64,000 nucleotides of DNA from a virus (IMGVR_UViG_3300011531_000019:3421-67420), one strand, 5' to 3'. Positions 39,165 through 49,369 are shown, numbered from the stretch's first letter. Program-made: numbers and translations. The notes: a model not told the origin generated them from the letters alone.

Positions 39165-40054
39165 AGCAAATTTCTCCTTACGTCCTCGTAATCTTTCACC
39201 CTGATACCACCCTGCGCTTCAAATCGGGCAGGCCAGGTTAACGCCGGATTCTGGAAGCAGGACTCAAGAATGAACAGCTTACGGCCCTGTGCGAGCGCTG
39301 CACGCGCTTGGGTTAGCGTACCCGAGGTTTCCGAGGCTTCGATGATGATCGTCGCTTCCGTCAGCGCAGACATGGTGACGTTACGCTCAGGGAAGAAGAT
39401 ACGATTGCTGCGGTAATCCTGGTCCAGATAGCGCTGGAATGGCACTTGGCTTATGAGCAGGTGGTTATCGCGGATCGTGTGCTGTAACTCGCTGTTCTGC
39501 TTCGGGTAGTTGTGTGACAGGGGCGTACCGATGACGGCAATGGTATTACCACCAAGTGCCAGAGCGGTCTGATGAGCCTGGGTATCCACGCCCTCTGCAA
39601 GCCCGGAAACGATAGTAAAGCCATCCTCGACCAGACATTTGACAAGCTTACGTGTGCGACGAATGCCTTCTTCAGATACTTTACGTGAGCCGACAACAGC
39701 GACAGAGCGCGTGTTAACCAAATCCCACCACCCCTGATAGTAGAGCACTTCAATCGGGTGTCGGGCATCACGCAGCTTCTGAGGATATTCGCCAGCGCCA
39801 TGGACACGAACGCCAATATCGCTGATGGCAAAACGGGACATGATGTCTTTGAGCTTGACCTTGAAGGCGTCTATTGTGCTCCCCGATACTAGGTCTGATG
39901 GGGTAGCTCCGGCGGGTGCCTGTCGAAACTTATCTGCAATGGTCTTGAACGTGGCACCTTTTTCGGTCCACAGAGCTTCATACGCCGCCATTTCCTCGAA
40001 AGGTGATATCGCGCGTTCAAAGGGATTCTGACTACCGAAATCAAGTTGTGACAT
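39161..40054 (-). CDS. DprA/Smf-like protein, ShosA-like antitoxin
   Basis: YP..LR......LYY.G, AVVGSR, VSGLA.GVD..AH, F.ERN..MS and SGTL.QA..AL..GR. Confidence 0.85.
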   Translation of the reverse strand: MSQLDFGSQNPFERAISPFEEMAAYEALWTEKGATFKTIADKFRQAPAGATPSDLVSGSTIDAFKVKLKDIMSRFAISDIGVRVHGAGEYPQKLRDARHPIEVLYYQGWWDLVNTRSVAVVGSRKVSEEGIRRTRKLVKCLVEDGFTIVSGLAEGVDTQAHQTALALGGNTIAVIGTPLSHNYPKQNSELQHTIRDNHLLISQVPFQRYLDQDYRSNRIFFPERNVTMSALTEATIIIEASETSGTLTQARAALAQGRKLFILESCFQNPALTWPARFEAQGGIRVKDYEDVRRNLL

Positions 40055-40256
40055 GTTTTCTCAGGTGACGTTGATAAACGTGAATAATAGACAGCTTTAA
40101 GTGTACATTCTTAACGCTGGGTGTAAACCAGCATGCGGCACAAAACACACATTCTGGCGGTGGAGTCGAGGAGAGCAGTCTCACGGCGAATAGATGTGAA
40201 AAGGCCACTCCGAAAGAAGCGGCCTTGATGATGGTACCCCCAGTACAGCAGGACAA

Positions 40257-41519
40257 TCAATCGGTTAGCTCGTATATGGAGATCATCGCTTCATCAGACG
40301 TGAAAAAGCCGGTTGGTTCTGGATGCTTAACCCCGTCACGGTAGACATAACTGACAAGCTCACCGCTGTACCAGGCAGAGTCAAGGACCGGTAGCGAGAA
40401 GAAGCGATTGTAAAAGGCCACCACGGAATCCTGACGTTCGATTTCAACGTTGAAGTAGCGGTACAGGTACTTTCGGATGAAGCGATACATTACCGCCTGA
40501 TAGTCATTTATTCCGCCAGATCGCCAACTTAACTTACCGTTAGCAGGATCGCCAAAGAATGCCCGTTCGATACGACACATACGGATCAGCAGTCTATCCC
40601 GTTCACCAGACAACACATCGTAGAATCCTAGTATCGCCAGCAGTTCAAGGTAGATTGGGAAATGAAAAGAAATCTCCTTCATCCTTTCCATGCTAAACAA
40701 CATTGATGCCGTCTCATATTGCTTAAACCGCCATAGCTCGTTGCGTAACAAGTTGAATAGCGGGAGTTCGTGTTGAATTCCCTTAAATTTAGGATCCCTT
40801 CTAGTGCTCCCATGAAAACGCTTGGGCCTTTCAAGCCCACTCAGCGCTTCTGTAACGGACTCCACGCCATAAAGGTCTATCAGGCCAGTAAGAAGGTTAT
40901 CACCCATCGGAATTAGCTCGCCGCGCGATAAAACGCCGCCGAACTTATGATCCTGGCAGGGGATTGCGGAATTGTTCTTACGATTTATGAACTTAGGAGC
41001 GATGAAGATGTTATCAGGGATATTAGCCCCACCTGCACCGACCGGATAGAGATGACAAAGTTCCAGTTCCAACAATGGGTTAGGTTTATACTTGCCGGAA
41101 TCCAGGAGGTCAATGGCATAACTACGCTGATACGACGCTTTGAGTACATAGAGTCTGAGCAACGCTGTGATATCGTCAGTACAGGTTACAGAGCCTAATT
41201 TCAACGGGCTACGATCGATCATACGCTGGATATGCTGCATGTATGACCAGTTCATGATCTCGCCGAGCTGCGAAACATCCAGTCTACGTTCAGATTCCCG
41301 GCGACATGCATCACTACAATACAGCTGATTCCTGGTACCGGCTAACGTGTTATTACAACTTTTATTTACACAGACCTGCTTAGCATGTTCTTCACGTTGA
41401 TTCTTACGTAACAGATATTCAGCGTAATGCTCGTTACAATAGCCTGCTAAGTAGGCCCTTCTGGTATCCCTAAAGTAACTAATCACTTTACCACATGGCT
41501 TAATCTTACACTTCTTCAT
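40257..41519 (-). CDS. Hypothetical protein with N-terminal Cys clusters and an HNH-like motif
   Basis: CKIKPC..YCNEH, CVNKSC..YCSDAC; CHLYPVGAGGAN..DN......INR. Confidence 0.6.
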   Translation of the reverse strand: MKKCKIKPCGKVISYFRDTRRAYLAGYCNEHYAEYLLRKNQREEHAKQVCVNKSCNNTLAGTRNQLYCSDACRRESERRLDVSQLGEIMNWSYMQHIQRMIDRSPLKLGSVTCTDDITALLRLYVLKASYQRSYAIDLLDSGKYKPNPLLELELCHLYPVGAGGANIPDNIFIAPKFINRKNNSAIPCQDHKFGGVLSRGELIPMGDNLLTGLIDLYGVESVTEALSGLERPKRFHGSTRRDPKFKGIQHELPLFNLLRNELWRFKQYETASMLFSMERMKEISFHFPIYLELLAILGFYDVLSGERDRLLIRMCRIERAFFGDPANGKLSWRSGGINDYQAVMYRFIRKYLYRYFNVEIERQDSVVAFYNRFFSLPVLDSAWYSGELVSYVYRDGVKHPEPTGFFTSDEAMISIYELTD

Positions 41520-42279
41520 GATATTAACTCAATATAGCTATCCCTGTAATGGAATGCTGATGTAGTGATGTCAGATAAGGTATGTATTAATTTGTTATAA
41601 TAAGATAGAGCAAGATCAATATAATGACGCCAGAACACCTAGGTAGCCATCTGTATTATTTCTTACCGATAAAGCCTCTATCTGTTGTCGTATTCCATTC
41701 TGTGCAACTTGATGCTGAAATAAGATTTCACCATCGATATTAAAGTTATTTTTGGGGAAAATCCAGTTGAGAATTCGGGCTTGGAGCAACCTGCAGTTGA
41801 TGGAGCAGCACATGGCATTTTTGAGGTTTTGTGCTTTTTCACGTGCTGGCTTTCTGATTAAATGCATTTAATTTGTTACATAATGTAAAATGCGAGCGCG
41901 GGTGTCAGAAGTCCTCATTGACTCTAAGACAGCGCTAATGGGGAGGATAATTGCGTTATTATTTTCGTGAATACGCGAAAGTGGCGATTTAAGCTATCAG
42001 ATTCTCCCGAATAGCCACTTTTAGGGAAAGCAAATCAGCGATGATCTTTTTTTAGTGGATCAGCCATCTGGATAGCTGATTCTGTACAGGGTTCAATGTT
42101 GCTATGTGGATGCATTCTGTTTCACTTTTATGCTGTCGACTGGCTTGCTATATTTGATTTTATAATAACGTAAATCACGATGGGGAGCTGGCAGGTTTAC
42201 GGCAAAAAAAACACCATGGCAGCGGTTTGCTGCGCATGGCGTTTGTCTCGTTATATTAGCATATCAGGATGTTAGCTGC

Positions 42280-43968
42280 TTAATAGCGGGCTTTTATATC
42301 GGATACGTCAATGTAGGGACCGGTGCTATCAGTATTGTTCGGACACTTTACAATTTGATCCCAATATCGGATAACAGCTGAATATTTTCCGTAATAGTTG
42401 AGGTCTTTTGCAGGCCATGTAACGTAGATTGTGCGGTCAAAAGGGTAAGAGGCTAGGACTAATTCTCCCTGGCTAATTAGCTGGTTTAAAAGTGGATATA
42501 AGATTTCAGGTTCGCGGGCAAAGCGAAGCCCGCGTTTAATCTCCTGCAGTGGAAAAGGCTCGACGTTGTGTTCCCGGATCCACTCATACAGTTTACGGGC
42601 ACGCTCTATAAACAGACATTTTTCTTTATTCTCATCAGAAAGTGGATAGTAGATACTGAATGCGTGGCCGAGAAGGAATTCCATCAACTGAAATGCTCGT
42701 TCCAGCTCGTCGATGTTGATATCACTGGTATCCTCATCCGCAAAGAACTTCTGGCTTGTAGCAATTCGCACCGCAATTTCAGGTGCTTTTAAGGCTATGT
42801 CGGCAATGCAAAAAAAACGGCCCCCAGGTTTCGTCTCAGCCTGCACTTCCTTCCACTTTGCATTGTAATGCAGCTTAGCTTCTTCAGTCAGATGGACAGT
42901 GATCTTCGGTGATTTATCATGCCCAAGAATACGGCCTTCCTGTTTACGCAGTAATGCGATGAACCTTTGATAATAATCCTCCAGTGTGGTGGAAGGATAT
43001 TCCTTTGGAATACCAGCGCCAGCAGTCTCAGGAACATCTTTGCTTTCATTATGAGCATAATAAATGAAGCGAGACATCAGGCCACTTGCCCGCACTGCAC
43101 CATATTTCTTTTCCAACAATTGCAAAAAAAGCCCCCATTGGATCATTATTAATGCACTCATGTTTGGCTTAATTAAATAAGTTTTTTTACCAATTCGCTG
43201 ACTATATATCTCACCACTAGCAGCTTTATTCAGCAATGGGATGAGTTTGAAGGACATATTGACAAGCTCTGCACCTTCCGTTGTTTCAAAGAAACCTTCA
43301 GGATATTCATTAAGCCCAATCACCGCTCCGTCCAGATCAAAGTTCTCGTACAGAAGGGGTGGCATAATTGGCTCAGCGGGTTTGCTCTTTATATGTTCAA
43401 CATATTCTGCTTCAGCTTTTTCCCGGACCTCCGGATCCCTGGCGTTCCTCCTTTTGTCCTTATCAAAATCTCTCTTTTTCACTTTCCAGAGTTCAATTTC
43501 AGCATCTTTATTAAGCTTCATCTTTTCAAATGCAGCTGAAAGCTCATCGATATATTCTCTGAATGGCCGCAGGAGTATCCTGCTAAGATGAGATTTACCT
43601 GCTCCTGAGTTCGCAATATACATTGAGTGAACAGTAACTGGTGTTGGCTCAGGCGTTTTTGGTAATTTCACCTGAATAAAGGGTTGCGCTGAAAATGCCA
43701 TAGCAGAAATCATAACACATGCTGTTGCGCCATAATCAAAGCCATGTTCGTTCTTAAGCTGATAGCAGACATTTTGCGCATGTTCGCATAATGCCTCTAA
43801 AGGGAACTCTCCCGCGAAAAAATCTTGCTCATCTGGCTTAAGCATTGTTTTTGCGGGTTTGTAAAGCAGTCGAGGATCGTCATCCCACGACCAAGGGCAG
43901 GCAGCATCTACATCTGTATATTCATGCACATATTCAAATTCATCACCAGGGTCAACTATACGTCCCAC
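42280..43968 (-). CDS. DUF3987/YfjI-family P-loop protein (replication-associated)
   Basis: FPLEAL, ANSGAGKS Walker A, SGL.SRF motif; follows the AlpA-like gene. Confidence 0.8.
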   Translation of the reverse strand: MGRIVDPGDEFEYVHEYTDVDAACPWSWDDDPRLLYKPAKTMLKPDEQDFFAGEFPLEALCEHAQNVCYQLKNEHGFDYGATACVMISAMAFSAQPFIQVKLPKTPEPTPVTVHSMYIANSGAGKSHLSRILLRPFREYIDELSAAFEKMKLNKDAEIELWKVKKRDFDKDKRRNARDPEVREKAEAEYVEHIKSKPAEPIMPPLLYENFDLDGAVIGLNEYPEGFFETTEGAELVNMSFKLIPLLNKAASGEIYSQRIGKKTYLIKPNMSALIMIQWGLFLQLLEKKYGAVRASGLMSRFIYYAHNESKDVPETAGAGIPKEYPSTTLEDYYQRFIALLRKQEGRILGHDKSPKITVHLTEEAKLHYNAKWKEVQAETKPGGRFFCIADIALKAPEIAVRIATSQKFFADEDTSDINIDELERAFQLMEFLLGHAFSIYYPLSDENKEKCLFIERARKLYEWIREHNVEPFPLQEIKRGLRFAREPEILYPLLNQLISQGELVLASYPFDRTIYVTWPAKDLNYYGKYSAVIRYWDQIVKCPNNTDSTGPYIDVSDIKARY

Positions 43969-44045
43969 GACCTCTCCTTATTCTCTATTTACTTTCGTTA
44001 CGTAGACGCAGATATATTGCGATACTGCGCATGGTGGTTGAATTA

Positions 44046-44441
44046 TCAAAATTCGTTAGTTAGATTTGCAAAATATGCGCTAACATCTTTTATGCGCCAT
44101 TTGTTCTTCCTCCTGATTTTGAATGGTCGGGGAAAATTCTGAGGTAACGTGTCATAGCAAACCCATTTAAGCAGTGTCTGGTTTTTCACTCCGAGCAATG
44201 AAGCCACTTCGGCAGTGCCAATAACACCCTGATCATCAATTACACGGTTTACATTGGCAGGATTATTCTGGTATCCAGTCTGAGTTGGGCGAAAAATAGC
44301 GTCACGCAAAGCTTTATCGTGCAATAAGCGCATGCGAAGCTCTTCTGTACTGATGCCCATCTGGTGGATGGTTTCAGCAAGAGCAGTCAGTTGTAGGTCT
44401 GCAACAGAGTGATATGTTTGGGGGAGGGTATAATGCTTCAC
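44046..44441 (-). CDS. AlpA/excisionase-like HTH protein
   Basis: EVASLLGV...TL.KW......FPRPFKI...N.W. Confidence 0.8.
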   Translation of the reverse strand: MKHYTLPQTYHSVADLQLTALAETIHQMGISTEELRMRLLHDKALRDAIFRPTQTGYQNNPANVNRVIDDQGVIGTAEVASLLGVKNQTLLKWVCYDTLPQNFPRPFKIRRKNKWRIKDVSAYFANLTNEF

Positions 44442-44905
44442 TATGCGTCCTCCTGGGAGGGACGATTAGCAAATTCAGCGTAAAAAGAGAATGTAGGTTT
44501 TAATCCAGTGCGAGGGAATACAGAGGGGGCAGGTTCGGGGTCACCGCCATCGGCGTTGTTAGAATTAGACGCAGCAGACTTTGCAGCAGATTTACTGCGA
44601 TGCGAGCGTGCAGAACGACGAGTCAGACATTTTGTTCTGACCATAGTTAGTGCTTTAACCTGGTACTGCCTTGCACTTGCACATTTGATTTTAGTTAAAA
44701 ACATCGTCACAGAAGCCATCGCTGCATCATAGAGCTTTTTAAACGAAGACATAGTTTCGATGTTTTCGCAGAAATCGACATTCGTGCACAGATTCTGCGA
44801 ATACTCAGCCGGTTCAATCATGCTTCCATGGCTGAGGGAATTCCGCTCTTCAAGCGACAATTCCACCAATTCTTCCGTTTCCTCAAACGGAATAGCGATA
44901 GACAT
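44441..44905 (-). CDS. Hypothetical island protein
   Basis: Coupled to the AlpA gene; basic tail ending in DGGDPEP as seen in island genes at this position. Confidence 0.55.
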   Translation of the reverse strand: MSIAIPFEETEELVELSLEERNSLSHGSMIEPAEYSQNLCTNVDFCENIETMSSFKKLYDAAMASVTMFLTKIKCASARQYQVKALTMVRTKCLTRRSARSHRSKSAAKSAASNSNNADGGDPEPAPSVFPRTGLKPTFSFYAEFANRPSQEDA

Positions 44906-45030
44906 ATTTTCCTCCTGCTTGGTTATAAGTTCGTCTTATAGTACGAAGATGTTTTCGACTAAAGTCAATAAAAAAATGAGGTTTATCATCTGCCGCAGGC
45001 GTACCGGTTATCCTCAAATGCACTAGGTGG

Positions 45031-46329
45031 CTAATTATCCGCCTGTTCCAATATCCAGTTCTCGATCTTCTCGTGCCACTTTCTTAGCAAATCGAGTGGG
45101 CGGCGGCGGTAGTGTTTCTCTGCGAGGGCGCTGGGTTTATGGCCTTGTATCTGTGCGACGATCCCTGTAGGTACTTCAACCCACTCAGCCAGAGTACCGA
45201 AACTGCGGCGAAGACCATGCACGCTAATGTGAGGTAATTCCGCTCGTGCTAAAGCTCGATTGTGTGCTGAACGAGGTTCAATAATTTTGCCGGTTTTGCT
45301 ATGGCTTCTGAAAACCCAGTTCTCTGTTCCTGTATCAGAGGTTGTGGCTTTCGCTAGTGTATTTAGTAAACCAGAAACATACGGGGTGAGGGGGATGATG
45401 CGTTCCCCTTCAATTTTGTCCTTAATTCGCATGCTTGACCATTTAAAATCTACATCGGCCCAGCGAAGTGATGCAATTTCTTCACGCCGTGCACCTGTTA
45501 GTAAAAGAACCTGAAGGTAGGCCGATGCAACTGGGTTATTGAGGGTACGCACGGCACTAAACCAGCTTTTTAGCTGTTCTTTTTGCAAGCAATCGCCTGC
45601 TTTACTCGCTGATATTGGAACCATTTTTCTTACGTTGTAATCTTGAGCAAGATCACCAGGGATTATTCCCTGATATTTTTTCTGGTAATTAGCCCATTTG
45701 ATGAATGCACGTAGCAAACGATAAGCATGAGCAGTCACGCTAGGTCTACTTAGTCTTTCAGTGCTCAGCCACGCGGCTATGTGATCTGGTGTTAATTCCG
45801 ACAGCAGTAGATCAAGCAAATAGGCTATTGGTCCAGGCGCGGTTGGTCCTTTGCCTCTTTTTTTGCTTTCCCCTCCACGACTGGACATGTTGATATGATC
45901 GGCAATGTATCGGGTTGAATATGGGCGTTTAGTTTTTGCACTGATACCTGTTCTCAATTCTTTAAGATAGTCTTCCCAGGCAGCTGAAAAAGTCACTTTC
46001 GTTTTACGCGATTTAGCTTGCAGCGATTCTGCTTCTGCGATTTTCTCAGCTTTAGCAATACGTGGATCTATCCCGGTATCGATCAACGTCTGCAACCGTC
46101 TTGCCTCGGTCCTCGCATCATCAATCCTCCAGTCGCTGATGTTGCCAATAGTCATGCGAAGGGTTTTTCCCGCATGTACGCTTTGGAACACAAAAGCTTT
46201 TGTTCCACTAGTCGCTCGACATGCCAATGTTGTTACGTCCGTATCCCAAAGGAAAACTTGGCTTTTCCCTTCAGGTAAAGTAAATCTTCGAATTCGTTCG
46301 AAGGTTAGTTTTTGTCTTGAAAACGCCAT
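45031..46329 (-). CDS. int: Tyrosine integrase of island 2
   Basis: Arm-binding N-domain; LLLTGARREE, HGLRRSF, GH.......HY catalytic residues; next to the att site. Confidence 0.95.
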   Translation of the reverse strand: MAFSRQKLTFERIRRFTLPEGKSQVFLWDTDVTTLACRATSGTKAFVFQSVHAGKTLRMTIGNISDWRIDDARTEARRLQTLIDTGIDPRIAKAEKIAEAESLQAKSRKTKVTFSAAWEDYLKELRTGISAKTKRPYSTRYIADHINMSSRGGESKKRGKGPTAPGPIAYLLDLLLSELTPDHIAAWLSTERLSRPSVTAHAYRLLRAFIKWANYQKKYQGIIPGDLAQDYNVRKMVPISASKAGDCLQKEQLKSWFSAVRTLNNPVASAYLQVLLLTGARREEIASLRWADVDFKWSSMRIKDKIEGERIIPLTPYVSGLLNTLAKATTSDTGTENWVFRSHSKTGKIIEPRSAHNRALARAELPHISVHGLRRSFGTLAEWVEVPTGIVAQIQGHKPSALAEKHYRRRPLDLLRKWHEKIENWILEQADN

Positions 46330-46366
46330 TTTTAGGGTTCCAATTGTGGATTACGGTTTTACAGTA

Positions 46367-46388
46367 ATGTAACGGCTGGTGTAAGTAA
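46367..46388 (+). repeat. Probable integrase arm-type site (copy 2)
   Basis: atgtaacggctggtgtaagtaa. Confidence 0.7.
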
Positions 46389-46512
46389 ATTGGAAGGATA
46401 TACATCAACACTCATCAATTTAAATCAATAGGTTTTTGTTTTAATTTTATGATTTTTAATGGTAAAGTAGTTTTTTGGGATGGTTGTTCAAACAGATAAA
46501 ATTAAAAAACTT

Positions 46513-46561
46513 CGCATTCGTAATGCGAAGGTCGTAGGTTCGACTCCTATTATCGGCACCA
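46513..46561 (+). repeat. thrW: 3' half of tRNA-Thr(CGU); attR of island 2 / attL of island 3
   Basis: cgcattcgtaatgcgaaggtcgtaggttcgactcctattatcggcacca; matches the E. coli thrW 3' half as recalled; no 5' half. Confidence 0.92.
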
Positions 46562-46674
46562 TTTCAAACTCTTCCCAAGTCTACCGTAATCAACTAAAAG
46601 CCCGTATACTGCGGTTTATGGCCCGTATTTTATCTCCTGTTATCAACTGGACTCAACCAAAATCAAGTCGCAGT

Positions 46675-46695
46675 TGGGGGCATAAGTGGGGGCAT
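46675..46695 (+). repeat. P4-family integrase arm-type direct repeat
   Basis: tgggggcat-aag-tgggggcat upstream of int. Confidence 0.65.
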
Positions 46696-46724
46696 TCTGT
46701 GTTCGGTCCAGGGAGATGCCCCCA

Positions 46725-47933
46725 ATGAAGCTTAATGCACGACAGGTAGATGCTGCTAAACCCAGAGAGAAAGCCTACAAGCTGGCAGATGGTGCTGGTT
46801 TGTATCTTGAGGTTGCTCCCTCTGGTTCCAGATACTGGCGGATGAAGTATCGCTTCAATGGAAAAGAGAAGCGTATGGCTTTTGGTGTCTATCCGGCCGT
46901 GTCCCTTGCACAAGCGAGGGCACTACGTGATCAAGCCAAGAAAAAGCTGGCCGAGGGCATCGATCCGTCTTTCGCTAAGAAAGAAGAAAAGCTGGTTCGC
47001 GATGTGCAGCTCAACAACACGTTTCAGGCTGTGGCGCTTGAATGGCACGGAACGAAGGTGAGCCGGTGGTCAGAAGGTTATGCCTCCGACATTATCGAAG
47101 CTTTCAATAAAGATATTTTCCCCTATATCGGCCAGCAGCCGGTGAATGAAATCAAACCGCTGGTTCTGCTGAATGTGCTGCGTCGAATGGAAAGTCGTGG
47201 CGCGACAGAGAAGGCCAAGAAGGTTCGCCAGCGTTGCAGTGAAGTCTTTCGTTACGCCATCGTTACCGGTCGTGCGGAATACAATCCTGCAGCGGATCTA
47301 ACCAGCGCAATGTCAGGGCATGAATCGAAGCATTATCCCTTCCTTACTGTTGAGGAGTTACCAGACTTCTTTAAAGCTCTCGCAGGCTACACAGGAAGCC
47401 CGTTAGTTGTTCTTGCCGCTCGTCTGCTGATCCTTACGGGAGTTCGTACTGGCGAGCTCCGAGGTGCTTTCTGGAGTGAATTTGATCTTGAGAAAGCGGT
47501 GTGGGAAATCCCTGCAGAGCGTATGAAGATGAAACGGCCTCACCTTGTCCCCCTCTCTACCCAAGCACTAGAGATCGTACAGCAGCTCAAAGTGATGTCT
47601 GGGCAATATCCTCTGGTGTTTCCTGGGAGGAATGATCCCCGCAAAACGATGAGCGAAGCGAGTATAAATCAGGTGTTCAAGCGGATTGGATATACGGGGA
47701 AGGTAACGGGGCATGGTTTCCGCCACACGATGAGTACGATTTTGCATGAGGAAGGGTTTAATACGGCATGGATTGAAACCCAGCTTGCGCATGTCGATAA
47801 GAATGCGATTCGCGGGACATACAACCATGCGTTGTATCTGGAAGGGCGAAGGGAGATGATGCAGTGGTATGCGGACCATATAAACGCTAATCAAAATTCA
47901 TGTATTTCTTTGCTGGTGAACGCTAGAAAGTAG
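46725..47933 (+). CDS. int: P4-like (IntS/IntA family) tyrosine integrase
   Basis: MKLNARQV..AKP.EK.YKL.DG.GLYL; TGVRTGEL, HGFRHT, QLAH, YNHA. Confidence 0.96.
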   Translation: MKLNARQVDAAKPREKAYKLADGAGLYLEVAPSGSRYWRMKYRFNGKEKRMAFGVYPAVSLAQARALRDQAKKKLAEGIDPSFAKKEEKLVRDVQLNNTFQAVALEWHGTKVSRWSEGYASDIIEAFNKDIFPYIGQQPVNEIKPLVLLNVLRRMESRGATEKAKKVRQRCSEVFRYAIVTGRAEYNPAADLTSAMSGHESKHYPFLTVEELPDFFKALAGYTGSPLVVLAARLLILTGVRTGELRGAFWSEFDLEKAVWEIPAERMKMKRPHLVPLSTQALEIVQQLKVMSGQYPLVFPGRNDPRKTMSEASINQVFKRIGYTGKVTGHGFRHTMSTILHEEGFNTAWIETQLAHVDKNAIRGTYNHALYLEGRREMMQWYADHINANQNSCISLLVNARK

Positions 47934-48174
47934 ATTTGACGTGATGATAGGATTGATTAGGAAAAAGACCTAAAACCGTATATTTTGATACTTAAGTTTA
48001 AACATTAGCCCTAGATCCGATTGCCCTTTGTTACCTACACTTCTATCTTTTTTAGGTTTTAGGGCTGAAAGGTTTGCGAATAAGTTTATAAATATCAATA
48101 ATTTACCTGATTATGTTGGTTCTTGGGTAGCCGTAACGCCTAGGGCGGTAGCGTACTTAAGGCGAGTATAAAAA

Positions 48175-49368
48175 ATGAACAGTAACTATATGCCATTCAC
48201 ACAACGAGATAGTCTCGGAAGATACTATACAAAAGAATCCATAAGTGCATTATTGGTTTCTCAGATGAAAGCTGAAAAAGTCAATAATATTATTGATTTA
48301 GCTTCTGGTGAGGGGAGCTTAACCTATGCCGCTTTAGACCGATGGAAGAATGCAGAAGCATATTCTTTGGATATAGAATCTCGGATGTCAAAAAAAGTAT
48401 GTGATAATCTTACTCATATCGTAACAGATGCCCTTGTTCATTCATTTCCTGAAATGCTTGCCCGACATCAAGGAAATTTTGATGTTGCAGTATGTAATCC
48501 TCCATTCACACTCCCTGAATGGAGGGATGATTATTTTAAAATCATTAGTGAGATTGGGGCAGATAAATATATATCTATCTCAAAATATGTCCCAGCAGAG
48601 ATAATATTTATATCTCAAGTCATCAGGTTTCTTAAAAAGGGCGGTGAGGCTGGGATAATTTTACCTGATGGTATATTTACAGCAAGAAAATTTATAGGTT
48701 TAAGACGATATTTATTGAATGAACATTCAATTACAAAAGTCATTGAATTACCTAGGAATATCTTCAAAAGGACAGAGGCTAAAACACATATTTTGATTTT
48801 TAATAAAAAAATTGTGCCTCATCAGAAAATACAATTACATTGTATAACTAAAGATGGGGAATTGTCACCTCCTGTTTTAATTAGAAAAGAAGATGCGATT
48901 GAGAGAATGGACTACTCTTATCATTATAATAAAAATGAAGAGTTTAGCACAATTGGAATGCTTAAAAATATTTCAATTTTTAGAGGTAGGTTTAATTCAA
49001 AGGAAATTACGGAACATGTTTTTCATACGACAAAGTTTAGTGGTGATGAAAAGTTTATTAAATTCCACTGCAACTCTGTAGAAGAATTGAAGCCATCAAA
49101 ATTAGATGTTATTGCTAAGCCTGGTGATATATTAATAGCAAGGGTTGGGCGAAATTTTCATAAAAAAATATTGTTTGTTGAGAGCGGGTATTCTTATATC
49201 AGTGACTGTATTTTTCTGATACGAGCCTCTGGTGAAGATCAGAAAAAACTATTTGATTTTCTTTGTTCTCAAGATGGGCAAGAGGAATTATCTCGAGCGA
49301 GTAGTGGTGTAGCCGCACAACATATTACAATGGATGCATTAAAAAAAATACATCTTGTAAGGATTTAA
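48175..49368 (+). CDS. Compact N6-adenine DNA methyltransferase with C-terminal TRD-like region
   Basis: LGRYYT, IIDLASGEGSL (motif I), NPPF (motif IV), GIILPDG; C-terminal AKPGDILIARVG as in TRDs. Confidence 0.85.
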   Translation: MNSNYMPFTQRDSLGRYYTKESISALLVSQMKAEKVNNIIDLASGEGSLTYAALDRWKNAEAYSLDIESRMSKKVCDNLTHIVTDALVHSFPEMLARHQGNFDVAVCNPPFTLPEWRDDYFKIISEIGADKYISISKYVPAEIIFISQVIRFLKKGGEAGIILPDGIFTARKFIGLRRYLLNEHSITKVIELPRNIFKRTEAKTHILIFNKKIVPHQKIQLHCITKDGELSPPVLIRKEDAIERMDYSYHYNKNEEFSTIGMLKNISIFRGRFNSKEITEHVFHTTKFSGDEKFIKFHCNSVEELKPSKLDVIAKPGDILIARVGRNFHKKILFVESGYSYISDCIFLIRASGEDQKKLFDFLCSQDGQEELSRASSGVAAQHITMDALKKIHLVRI

Positions 49369-49369
49369 C

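Larger units (their letters stand above)
19878..46561. mobile_element. Integrative genomic island 2 (~26.6 kb, defence cargo), integrase at right end
   Basis: Bounded by two tRNA-Thr 3' halves; 22-bp repeat near both ends; integrase, AlpA, DUF3987 and CP4-like module. Confidence 0.85.

Noticed and set aside
38511-40054. Competence genes dprA/comF
   Set aside because: Island location, overlap and lack of the ComF zinc finger favour a ShosTA-like module
41616-41867. 83-aa ORF in the gap after DUF3987
   Set aside because: No motif; more likely non-coding
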